This document shows positions 19,345-28,403 of a DNA stretch of 64,000 nt, piece by piece. Position 1 is the stretch's first letter; every line of letters begins with the position of its first letter. Made by a program: the position numbers and the translations under genes. Origin of the DNA: Deltaproteobacteria bacterium (GTDB taxonomy: Bacteria; Desulfobacterota; BSN033; UBA1163). The DNA lies in contig JBBIMX010000004.1 of the NCBI GenBank assembly GCA_037444165.1, forward strand, positions 19 to 64,018, in the 5' to 3' direction. The notes below the pieces were generated by a model, which saw only the letters and a program-made list of their open reading frames with translations, was not told where the DNA came from and ran no database searches.

Positions 19345-20142
19345 TTAGGCTGCAGTAGCCTCTTCAACACTTCCTCGTCCTAAATAGGCTTCGATGACTC
19401 TTGGATTCCTCTGGATCTCGACCGGAGGCCCTTCAGCAATCTTCTCTCCATAATCAAGAACAGTCACGATCTCAGAGATCCCCATCACCACCCTCATCTG
19501 ATGCTCGATGAGGAGGATGGTGATTCCCAGTTCATCCCTGAGTCGTTGAATAAACTCCATCATATCCTGTGTTTCCTTTGGGTTCATCCCAGCGGTGGGT
19601 TCGTCAAGCAGTAAAAGTTTGGGTTTGGAGGCAAGCGCCCTTGCGATCTCGAGTTTTCTTTGATCTCCATAAGGAAGATTCTTGGCCAAAAAATCCCCTT
19701 TGCCTGAGAGACTCACAAATCTGAGAAGTTTTCGGGCCTCCTCAGCTGCCTCCGCCTCCTCCTTTCGGGTTGAAGAAGAGCCTATCACAATGCCAAAAAA
19801 ATTTGCCTTCAGATGCCCATGAAGACCGACCAAAACATTTTCCATGGCAGTCAGATTGGGAAAGAGTCGAATGTTTTGGTACGTTCTTGAGATTCCTAAA
19901 CGGACAATCTTATCTGGAAGAAGTCCAACAAGAGAGTGATGATTGAAGAGAATCTCTCCCTCCTCGGGTCGATAAAAACCGGTAACGCAATTGAAGAAGG
20001 TGGTCTTCCCTGCCCCATTCGGGCCAATAATACTATGGATACTCTTCTCCTGAATTTCCAAATCTAACCGGTCTACCGCGACCAATCCACCAAATCGTTT
20101 CGTCACTTTTTTTGCAATAAGAATTGCCATTCCTTTCCCCAT
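19345..20142 (-). CDS. livG: Branched-chain amino acid ABC transporter ATP-binding protein LivG
   Basis: Walker A (GPNGAGKTT), LivG-type C-terminal extension. The start overlaps the livM stop. An alternative start lies at 20130. Confidence 0.85.
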   Translation of the reverse strand: MGKGMAILIAKKVTKRFGGLVAVDRLDLEIQEKSIHSIIGPNGAGKTTFFNCVTGFYRPEEGEILFNHHSLVGLLPDKIVRLGISRTYQNIRLFPNLTAMENVLVGLHGHLKANFFGIVIGSSSTRKEEAEAAEEARKLLRFVSLSGKGDFLAKNLPYGDQRKLEIARALASKPKLLLLDEPTAGMNPKETQDMMEFIQRLRDELGITILLIEHQMRVVMGISEIVTVLDYGEKIAEGPPVEIQRNPRVIEAYLGRGSVEEATAA

Positions 20143-21854
20143 TAAACAGATGTTTCTTCTGTTGGCTGACTTGAGGTCTTCTCCTCCGATTCCTCATGTA
20201 ATTCCCTTCGCCGAATGGCTTCAGGCCATAGACCCTCGGGCTTCAACAACATCATCGCGACCAATGCAGCCCCATATACCAAAAGGCGATATTCGGCAAA
20301 TTCACGGAGTAACTCTGGAAGACCAACCAGGGCGAAGGCTCCCACCATGACCCCTGGAATACTCCCCATCCCCCCGACAATAATGAGGCAGACCACATTG
20401 ATGGAAATCATCACATTGAAGCTATGAGGATAAACAGAACCCAATTTACTTGCAAAAATGGCTCCACTGAGAGCGGAGAAACCCGCTCCTGTAGCAAAGG
20501 CTAATAATTTTGTAGAAACAAGATTAATCCCCATGGCTTGAGCCACATCTTCATCCTCTCGCATCGCCATCCATGCTCGGCCTATCCGTGAATCTTTCAG
20601 GCGTAGGGAAATAAAGACTACTAAAAGACATCCTGCAAGAATGAGATAGTAGATATCTTGAGGGCGGGCGAATTCGAAGCTTCCGATCGTCGCCTTCGGA
20701 ATTTTCCCTATCCCTTGGGCACCTCCTAACCAGGGCCTTAAAAAGTCCGAAAGAACAAGGATTCGAATAATCTCTCCAAATCCCAATGTGGCAATAGCAA
20801 GATAATCTCCACGCATCTTGAGGACAGGAATGCCGAGCAGCACTCCCGAAAAGATTCCCATCAGAATGGCGATGGGAAGGGCAGACCAGAAGGAAAGATG
20901 GAAGAAGCCCAGTTCCGGAGAGGTCAAGATTGCCGTGGTATAGGCTCCGATAGCGAAGAAGGCCACATAACCGAGATCTAAAAGGCCTGCATATCCAACC
21001 ACGATATTGAGTCCTAATCCAAGAAGAATATAAAGCCCAACAATGGTGAGAACTTCACTTAAAAAAAGACCTAAAAGGTGGGGAAGGATGAGCAAGAGAA
21101 AGATGAGGATAAGGAACCCACTATAGGTGATGATCCTTCTTTTTCTAAGAGAAAGATTTTTTATTCCCTTTTGGATACCCTTTCCTTTGGAGGACCAGAA
21201 ATGACTCCCTATTCCGATAAATATGGTTAAAGTGATTGCGCCGGATAATGAGAGGCCATTCGCCGTAAAGAGCCAATCACTGAGTTTAGAAAGGGGTCCC
21301 CAGGCCGAGAGAGTAGGCCGAAGTAAATCTTGAAGCACTCCGGCGAGTAATACACTGCTTAGAGGAAGAACAATGGCCTTTCTTATTCTTACCGGAAAGA
21401 GATATAGGGTTCCCGAAAAAAGACCGATTAAGGCTCCGATCAAGATAAGAAGAAGGGATCCTTTCTCTATGCCTTGTCCCAAAAGGATGAGATTAAAGAG
21501 TACGGGAGAGGCATTGATAAAGACGGATCGGAGATTGACAAAGTGTCCCAAAACGACAAGGAGAATTAAGGATACACTGCTTAGGATTCCAGCAATAAGA
21601 CTATTAATAAGGATTAGGGATTTTTTCTCCGATAAGGTCCTTTTGGCCGAAAAATAGGCAATGAAGCATCCTGCAAGGAGGAGTAAGGCATGACCCATGG
21701 AAATAACTTCATAGATGATCTCCCTCTGACTGAAGGCTTCCACCATTCCAATTAAAGAGAGAAGAACCGTGAGGATGGCTCCAATGAGTCCAGTCTTTAA
21801 CCCCACAATTAAGGAGGAAATAGGAGCAAACTGATTTTGATTTTTACGCTTCAT
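20142..21854 (-). CDS. livM: Branched-chain amino acid ABC transporter permease LivM with an N-terminal transmembrane extension of about 250 aa
   Basis: The C-terminal 320 aa form the LivM permease core. The N-terminal half contains additional predicted TM helices. Confidence 0.75.
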   Translation of the reverse strand: MKRKNQNQFAPISSLIVGLKTGLIGAILTVLLSLIGMVEAFSQREIIYEVISMGHALLLLAGCFIAYFSAKRTLSEKKSLILINSLIAGILSSVSLILLVVLGHFVNLRSVFINASPVLFNLILLGQGIEKGSLLLILIGALIGLFSGTLYLFPVRIRKAIVLPLSSVLLAGVLQDLLRPTLSAWGPLSKLSDWLFTANGLSLSGAITLTIFIGIGSHFWSSKGKGIQKGIKNLSLRKRRIITYSGFLILIFLLLILPHLLGLFLSEVLTIVGLYILLGLGLNIVVGYAGLLDLGYVAFFAIGAYTTAILTSPELGFFHLSFWSALPIAILMGIFSGVLLGIPVLKMRGDYLAIATLGFGEIIRILVLSDFLRPWLGGAQGIGKIPKATIGSFEFARPQDIYYLILAGCLLVVFISLRLKDSRIGRAWMAMREDEDVAQAMGINLVSTKLLAFATGAGFSALSGAIFASKLGSVYPHSFNVMISINVVCLIIVGGMGSIPGVMVGAFALVGLPELLREFAEYRLLVYGAALVAMMLLKPEGLWPEAIRRRELHEESEEKTSSQPTEETSV

Positions 21855-21872
21855 CGATCTTTCTCTATCTTT

Positions 21873-22943
21873 TCATGCCTTCTTTACAGCCAGACGTTCT
21901 CCTAAAATCCCTGTGGGTCTAAAGATCAATACGAGAACAAGCATGGTAAAAGCAATGGCATCTTTGAGTTGATAAGGAGCAATAATGCCCAGGCCATCTA
22001 AAAATAAACTTGGTCCTATGGATTCAATCAGACCTAAAAAGATTCCTCCTAACATCGCTCCCGGGATGTTTCCGATTCCCCCAAGCACGGCTGCAGTAAA
22101 GGCCTTAATCCCTGGAATAAACCCCATGAAAAAATGGACCTGTTTAAACATTAAGGCATAGAGGACCCCTGCGGCTCCGGCCGCCATTCCGCCGATGACA
22201 AAGGTGGTCGAAATCATTCGATCCACATCGATTCCCATCAAATAGGCTGTCTCCTTATCCTCGGAGACGGCACGGATCGCTTTCCCAACTTTGGTTTGTT
22301 GAATAAAGGAATAAAGGGCGGCCAATAGCAAGGCTGCAGCAAGAATGACGATGACTTGAAATTTCAAGAGTCGAAACTCCCCGAAGGTCCATTCCCCCTC
22401 GAGAATCCTAACGACTGGATAGGCCTGGAAACCAGAACCAAAAAGACCTCGAAAGACATACTGGAGAAAGAAAGAGGCGCCAATCGCCGTGATGAGAGGG
22501 ATAAGGCGAGGGGCCGTTCGTAAGGGTCGGTATGCGACTCGTTCGAGGAGAAAGGCAATGCCACTGGAGGTGATCATGGCCACTACGAAAATGACGATTA
22601 AACAGAGGATCGGGTATCGATCTAAAAGGCCGGAGGAGTAGAAGGCTGCAGCAACGTAATAGGCCGTATAAGGACCACTCATAAAGACTTCACTATGGGC
22701 GAAGTTAATCATTCTCAGCACCCCATAGACCATCGTATAACCCATCGCAATGAGGGCGTAGATACTTCCCTGAGCCAAACCAAAAATAATGAAGTCGAAC
22801 CAATGATGGAGGGTGTAAGTTCCAGCCTTGATCGTGGCAATGGATCCCCAGGTCATCATGGCGAGCAGAACCGCCCCGATCACCCACATAATCATATCTG
22901 TAAGAGTTAACCTTTCCCTGATTCTTTGAAGCATTAGATTCAA
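21873..22943 (-). CDS. livH: Branched-chain amino acid ABC transporter permease LivH
   Basis: Polytopic membrane protein of the LivH/BPD-2 family, adjacent to livM. Confidence 0.8.
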   Translation of the reverse strand: MNLMLQRIRERLTLTDMIMWVIGAVLLAMMTWGSIATIKAGTYTLHHWFDFIIFGLAQGSIYALIAMGYTMVYGVLRMINFAHSEVFMSGPYTAYYVAAAFYSSGLLDRYPILCLIVIFVVAMITSSGIAFLLERVAYRPLRTAPRLIPLITAIGASFFLQYVFRGLFGSGFQAYPVVRILEGEWTFGEFRLLKFQVIVILAAALLLAALYSFIQQTKVGKAIRAVSEDKETAYLMGIDVDRMISTTFVIGGMAAGAAGVLYALMFKQVHFFMGFIPGIKAFTAAVLGGIGNIPGAMLGGIFLGLIESIGPSLFLDGLGIIAPYQLKDAIAFTMLVLVLIFRPTGILGERLAVKKA

Positions 22944-23067
22944 ACTTCTTTTGAAAATTTATTTAATGAAAGGCTAAAAGGATTGATCATTTAGATCTCC
23001 CTTTCCCCTCTTAAATAAAAAGAGGATGGGTCAAACCACAAAAATCGTCGGACCCATCCCCCCTCTA

Positions 23068-24315
23068 TTAATAAGGTTTCCAGATTGGTTTGTCTGGCAT
23101 GACCAATTTTTTTACATTCTCAGCAGTCGTCTTATAGACCCCGATCTTTGGATCAGCGCAATCCCCATATTTATCGCAGCTTAGAGTCCCTGTGAGTCCC
23201 TTAAAATTTTTCGTTGCATAGAGCGCGTCCCGAAGTGCCTTTCTTCCAATATAGAGCGTTCCATCGGGAGCTCTTTTGGCAACCTTCTCAATCGCTGCAA
23301 AGACCATCATCGCGGCATCGTAGGCATGGGCATGGAAGGGAGCAAGAGGTTTCTCTCCGTATTTTTTCTGATGTTTTTCGAGGAAGCTCTTATACCCTTC
23401 TGCAAAAGCGGAGAAGTCAGGACTGGAATGGTACATGCCAATAGCAGCTTCGCCCGCAGCCTTATAGAAGTCAGGAGAAAAAATTCCATCTGCTCCCATT
23501 AAGGCCACCTTCTCTAATCCTTTGATCTCTTTCGCCTGACGGGTGATATGACCCCCTGCTGCAATAAAGATAGGATAATAGATGAATTCAGGTTTACCTG
23601 TTGCAATCTTGGTCAGTACAGGTCGCATATCCGTATCTGTAGGAGCAACCGCCTCTTGGGCGGTAATGGTTCCCCCAAGTTTTTTAAAGGTTTCAGCAAA
23701 TACAGCAGCTAATTGTTCAGCATAAACGCTTCCGTCATGAATGGTCGCTGCCTTTTTCACCTTCAACTGTTTGATAGCAAATTCTGCAGCCACAGCTCCC
23801 TGAACCTTATCATTGTGACAAGTTCGTAGGTAACCATCGTATTCAGGGCCTCGTTTAGGGTCTGTTAAATAGGGTGCTGTGTTGGAGGGAGAAACCGTGG
23901 GGATCCCTGCCTTCCAAAGAATAGGAGCTCCTGGTTTAGCCTCACTGGAACAGTTGGATCCAATCGCCGCAACAACGGTTGGATCAGCCGCAATCTTGGT
24001 CGCAGCCGCCTGTCCTCCCTCTGCATTACACCCCGTATCCTGGAAGCTCAATTTTATGGGATGACCAAGAAGCTTTCCTCCCTTATCATCCACAGCGATC
24101 TCCACTCCTCGTTTTGTGTCTGTTCCTAAAGAGGCATCCGGACCGGCAATGACAAACCAACAGGCGATATGGATGGGCTCCCCTTTCTTAATCTTAACTA
24201 CCCCAATGGGGTCTTCATATTTAAATTCACCCGGTTTCGCCTTTTGCTGAGCTTCTGAAATGGAAAAAATTCCCACTAATCCCATGATTAAAATGAAGAT
24301 AAAGATTTTTTTCAT
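23068..24315 (-). CDS. livK: Periplasmic branched-chain amino acid binding protein (LivK/LivJ family)
   Basis: A signal peptide (MKKIFIFILIMGLVGIFSISEA) and a type I periplasmic binding fold are present. An AGGAGG sequence lies 6 nt upstream of the ATG at 24315. Confidence 0.8.
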   Translation of the reverse strand: MKKIFIFILIMGLVGIFSISEAQQKAKPGEFKYEDPIGVVKIKKGEPIHIACWFVIAGPDASLGTDTKRGVEIAVDDKGGKLLGHPIKLSFQDTGCNAEGGQAAATKIAADPTVVAAIGSNCSSEAKPGAPILWKAGIPTVSPSNTAPYLTDPKRGPEYDGYLRTCHNDKVQGAVAAEFAIKQLKVKKAATIHDGSVYAEQLAAVFAETFKKLGGTITAQEAVAPTDTDMRPVLTKIATGKPEFIYYPIFIAAGGHITRQAKEIKGLEKVALMGADGIFSPDFYKAAGEAAIGMYHSSPDFSAFAEGYKSFLEKHQKKYGEKPLAPFHAHAYDAAMMVFAAIEKVAKRAPDGTLYIGRKALRDALYATKNFKGLTGTLSCDKYGDCADPKIGVYKTTAENVKKLVMPDKPIWKPY

Positions 24316-24475
24316 AACTCTCCTCCTTTCCAATAAATAGATTTACAGTCATCAATCAGGTGCCTATCCTCCCACAGGCCCCATCACCTCCTTTTTAACT
24401 TAGGGATTAGGATAGGATTTCTGAGTTAATGCCCAATTAAATACATAAAAATGGAGTTTGTCAAGGGGTTAAATT

Positions 24476-27445
24476 TCAAAATCTTAAGGGTTTTTGCCAG
24501 GCCTCTTTAAGATCATAAATATTAGTGTCAATGATCATTTCTCCTTTTAGACCGATCACCCGAAACCTCTCGGATTCGATTACCCTTCCAATCTCTCCAT
24601 AGATTACCTCTCCAAGAAGTTTTTCAAAGGCCGCTTTTTTATAGGGATCGATTGTGGCAATAAAACGGCTCTGAGACTCTGAAAAGAGGAGAAAATCATT
24701 CCGATTCACTCCCGACCGAGGAACCTTTCTTAAATCGATTTCCATCCCCAATCCCCCTGCAAAGGCCGTCTCAGCCAAGGCCACTCCTAATCCCCCATCT
24801 GAACAGTCATGACAGGAGTGAATGAGCCCCTGCTGGATTGCTTGAAAAACTCGTTGATAGAGAGTCTTAGCCCGATTGACATTGACCGTAGGCACCCGGT
24901 TTCCAATAAAGCCCTTTGAGGCAAAATATTCTGAACCTCCTAATTCCTCCAGGGTCTCACCAAGGATGTAGACCAAATCTCCTGGCTTTTTAGCATCCAT
25001 GGTGACTGCTTTTCGAACATCATTCATTTTTCCAAGGGCAGAAATGAGAACCGTTGGAGGGATAGAGATCTTAATTCCCCCTATCATCGCATCATTCTTC
25101 ATACTATCTTTACCTGAAATCAGGGGCATCCCAAAGCCTTTACAATACTCATAGAGGGCTTGATTGGCTCTGACAAGTTGAGCCAGTTTATATTCCCCGT
25201 CAGGGGTCTTTTCCGATTGAACAGGATCAGGCCAACAGAAATTATCGAGCCCGGCAATCCGATCGGGATCCCCTCCCACCGCCACATTGTTCCGAATGGC
25301 TTCATCGATGGCACAGGCCACCATATGGTAGGTGTCAATGTCGCTGTAGCGGGGACAGATCCCATTGGAGACCACGACCCCTTCCATGGATGTGAGAATA
25401 GGACGAATCACGGCCGCATCGCTGGGACCATCATTGAATCGTCCAGTCAAAGGCTTGATGACGACCCCTCCTTGAACCTCATGGTCATACTGACGAATGA
25501 TCGATTCTTTGCTTGCAATATTGAGTCGGGAGAGCATGGAGAGCAGGGTAAAGGTCAAATCCTCAGGTTCTGGAAAGTCGGGCTCAGGATGGGAGGGCCT
25601 CTTCCACCTGGCTCGGAGCTCCATTTTAGGAAGACCGTAATGGAAAAACTCCATGTCCAGATAAGCCACAGTCTTTCCCCGATAGAGGACGTGAAACTTT
25701 TTTGAATCCGTAAATTTTCCAAGAACCGTTGCCTCGACATCCATCTTTTTGGCCAGTTCAAGGAATTCATCAATCTTCTCAGGAGAGACAGCGAGTGTCA
25801 TTCTCTCCTGGGCCTCCGAAAGAAGGATCTCCCAGGGATCCAGACCCGGATACTTCAGAGGCGCTCTATCGAGGTGAAGTTCACACCCAATCTCCCGAGC
25901 CATCTCTCCTACCGAGGAGGAGAGTCCTCCTGCCCCGTTATCCGTGATCGACTGATAGAGACCTCGATCACGGGCAAGAAGCAAAAAATCGGTCATCTTC
26001 TTCTGTGTAATGGGGTCACCAATTTGAACGGCAGTAGCAGGAGAGTCTTCCCTCAACTCTTCAGAAGAGAAGGTAGCTCCATGGATTCCATCTTTTCCGA
26101 TTCGACCCCCGGTCATCACAATAAAATCTCCTGGTGAGGCTTTCTTCAGATGGGAAGGTTCTCCTAAAATCTCTCTCGGCATAATTCCTGCTGTTCCACA
26201 ATAGACCAAAGGCTTTCCAAGGTATCGGTCATCGAAGACGACCCCTCCATTGACGGTGGGAATTCCGCTCTTATTTCCTCCGTGTTCGACCCCTTCCCTC
26301 ACTCCCTCGTATACCCTTTTGGGATGAAAAAGGGGCGCAGGGACAGGCCCCTCATAGTAAGGGGAAGCAAAACAGAAGGTATCTACATTGAAAATCAGTT
26401 TTGCTCCCTTTCCTGTCCCAAACGGATCTCTGTTCACCCCTACAATCCCGGTCAGGGCTCCTCCATAAGGATCGAGAGCGCACGGGGTATTATGAGTCTC
26501 GACCTTAAAGACCAGGTTGTATTGGTCATTGAATTGAATAACCCCTGCATTGTCGTCAAAGACCGAGACACACCAATCCTTCTCTCCTAAGGAGAGACGA
26601 ATCTCTTCGGTCACCCTTCGAATATAGGTCTTAAAGAGACTGTCAATCACGAGACACTCTCCATCTTCATCCCAGTATTCGATCTTGGCATTGAAGATCT
26701 TATGCTTACAGTGTTCGGACCAGGTCTGGGCAATGGCCTCCAGTTCCACATCCGTAATCTTTTTTCCCAACCCCACCCGAGTTCGATGTTTGATCACTTT
26801 TGGATCGTTCAAATACTTCTGAATGGCCTTCATTTCTCTCAGATCCAGGGCCAAAAGACGTTTTTGGCTTAATTCCATTAAGGCTTCATCACTAAGTTCA
26901 AGATCTATCTCCTCAACCCTTCCTCCCCCCTCCATCACCACTTTCGGAACCTTCGGCTCAATCCTTCCTCTCCACTGATCTCGGCTCCAGACATCGAACC
27001 TCTGGATAAGGGGATTCCCCAAAAGGCCCACACAGATTCGTTCTACATCCTCCCGCCTGAAGTTTCCTTTCAGAAGATATTGAGTGGAGGTATAGACCTT
27101 CTCTTCGTCACTCAATCTTCTGCCAAGCCTCCACTCAATGGCCTCTTTGGCAGTCTTTCCCACATTATCTGTGACCCCGGGCTTAAAACTCACTTCCACC
27201 AGCCAATCAAAATCTCGAGCCAGCGATTCGTCAATTCGGTACTCTTGAATAATGGGGTCAAGAAAAGGATCCGAGGCGATCGTTTCTAACTCCTCTCGGG
27301 AGAGATCGATATCAAGAGTATAGACGGAAATCGTTTTGACCGATTCGATTGGAAGTCCAAGGTCGTTTTGAATTCTCCTTTTGACCTTCTCTCCCAAGGC
27401 ATCTCGAATCCCTTCTTTTAATCCGATCTCAATACGGTGAGGCAC
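24476..27445 (-). CDS. purL: Phosphoribosylformylglycinamidine synthase PurL fused to two N-terminal PurS-like domains (PurSL)
   Basis: Two PurS-like repeats occupy the N-terminal 160 aa. They are followed by the FGAM synthetase AIRS and AIRS_C domains (HNTPCALDPYGGALTG, ATP-grasp-like). Length is 989 aa. Confidence 0.8.
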   Translation of the reverse strand: MPHRIEIGLKEGIRDALGEKVKRRIQNDLGLPIESVKTISVYTLDIDLSREELETIASDPFLDPIIQEYRIDESLARDFDWLVEVSFKPGVTDNVGKTAKEAIEWRLGRRLSDEEKVYTSTQYLLKGNFRREDVERICVGLLGNPLIQRFDVWSRDQWRGRIEPKVPKVVMEGGGRVEEIDLELSDEALMELSQKRLLALDLREMKAIQKYLNDPKVIKHRTRVGLGKKITDVELEAIAQTWSEHCKHKIFNAKIEYWDEDGECLVIDSLFKTYIRRVTEEIRLSLGEKDWCVSVFDDNAGVIQFNDQYNLVFKVETHNTPCALDPYGGALTGIVGVNRDPFGTGKGAKLIFNVDTFCFASPYYEGPVPAPLFHPKRVYEGVREGVEHGGNKSGIPTVNGGVVFDDRYLGKPLVYCGTAGIMPREILGEPSHLKKASPGDFIVMTGGRIGKDGIHGATFSSEELREDSPATAVQIGDPITQKKMTDFLLLARDRGLYQSITDNGAGGLSSSVGEMAREIGCELHLDRAPLKYPGLDPWEILLSEAQERMTLAVSPEKIDEFLELAKKMDVEATVLGKFTDSKKFHVLYRGKTVAYLDMEFFHYGLPKMELRARWKRPSHPEPDFPEPEDLTFTLLSMLSRLNIASKESIIRQYDHEVQGGVVIKPLTGRFNDGPSDAAVIRPILTSMEGVVVSNGICPRYSDIDTYHMVACAIDEAIRNNVAVGGDPDRIAGLDNFCWPDPVQSEKTPDGEYKLAQLVRANQALYEYCKGFGMPLISGKDSMKNDAMIGGIKISIPPTVLISALGKMNDVRKAVTMDAKKPGDLVYILGETLEELGGSEYFASKGFIGNRVPTVNVNRAKTLYQRVFQAIQQGLIHSCHDCSDGGLGVALAETAFAGGLGMEIDLRKVPRSGVNRNDFLLFSESQSRFIATIDPYKKAAFEKLLGEVIYGEIGRVIESERFRVIGLKGEMIIDTNIYDLKEAWQKPLRF

Positions 27446-27464
27446 AAAACCTCCTTCCCTTGGG

Positions 27465-28241
27465 TTAAAATTTATAGATCGAGAGGAATTTCTCTGCCGC
27501 TTTCATTCCCCTCCAGAGATGATCTTCCTGATGGGGTTCGATGGTAAAGAGAGGACGGAGTTTTTCCCGGGAGAGGATTCGGAAGAATCCTTCCACATCG
27601 ATACTCCCTTCTCCCAGAGGGAGATGTTCATCTCTTTGCTGGCGATTATCATGAAGATGGATCTCGACCAGATAGGTCTTTAAGCTCTGGATCCATTCCG
27701 AAAAGTGGGTTTTTGAAAACAGATGATGATGGCCTGTGTCAAAACAGAACCTAAAGCAAGGCGAACCCACACGTTCAAGAAGTTGAGAAAGGGGGGTCGG
27801 GTCCTCTTCAAAGACATTTTCAATGGCAAGGGTCAACCCCCTTCTCTCCGCCTCCTCGACCAAAGGTTTCCACGTTTCCAGGCTGCTTTTAAGCCATAGA
27901 GAGACATCCCCATCGAACTTCCATTTTTCATAACCAGGGTGAAAGACAATGGTCTTGGGACGAAAAAAGTGGGCGAGTTCGATCGTCTTTCGAAACCGCT
28001 CTTGGGTCACCTCTTTGACCTTTCGGTCCACCCCCCCGGGGCTGAGATCCATAAAAGGCCCATGGATCGTGACCTCCAACCCATGGCGATGAAGGGCCTG
28101 GGACAAATTTTCTATTTCTTCCTCTTGGGTTTCGTCCAGATCCTCTGCGTTGAAATAGATTTCTGGATGGATCCGGTGCTCGATGGCAAAATCGATCCGC
28201 TGAAGAAGCATCCTATAGGGAACATTGACGTGGATAATGGT
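27465..28241 (-). CDS. Sugar phosphate isomerase/epimerase (xylose isomerase-like TIM barrel, AP_endonuc_2 family)
   Basis: TIM-barrel metal-site motifs (IHLHD, GPFMD) are present. A GAGGGAGG sequence lies upstream of the ATG at 28241. Confidence 0.65.
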   Translation of the reverse strand, partial: TIIHVNVPYRMLLQRIDFAIEHRIHPEIYFNAEDLDETQEEEIENLSQALHRHGLEVTIHGPFMDLSPGGVDRKVKEVTQERFRKTIELAHFFRPKTIVFHPGYEKWKFDGDVSLWLKSSLETWKPLVEEAERRGLTLAIENVFEEDPTPLSQLLERVGSPCFRFCFDTGHHHLFSKTHFSEWIQSLKTYLVEIHLHDNRQQRDEHLPLGEGSIDVEGFFRILSREKLRPLFTIEPHQEDHLWRGMKAAEKFLSIYKF

Positions 28242-28310
28242 CATCCCCTCCCTCACTCTCTTCTTGCTCCTTCCCTTGACCTTTTTCTCACTCACGAACC
28301 ATGAAAATCC

Positions 28311-28353
28311 CCCCTCACCTTAATCCACTCCCCTCCGGGGAAGGGGTGAGGGG
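28311..28353 (-). terminator. GC-rich hairpin downstream of the kefB-like gene
   Basis: A 9 bp stem (CCCCTCACC pairs with GGTGAGGGG) encloses a nested inner hairpin. On the minus strand it is followed by GATTTTCAT. Confidence 0.3.
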
Positions 28354-28403
28354 TAAAAATCATGTTGAAGGTAAATCTTTTATAGCATTCCATCCCTTAA
28401 ATC

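Noticed and set aside
28311-28353. GC-rich inverted repeat as a regulatory riboswitch or attenuator for the isomerase gene
   Set aside because: Its position immediately 3' of the kefB-like gene on the minus strand makes a terminator the simpler reading. No conserved aptamer signature was recognised.
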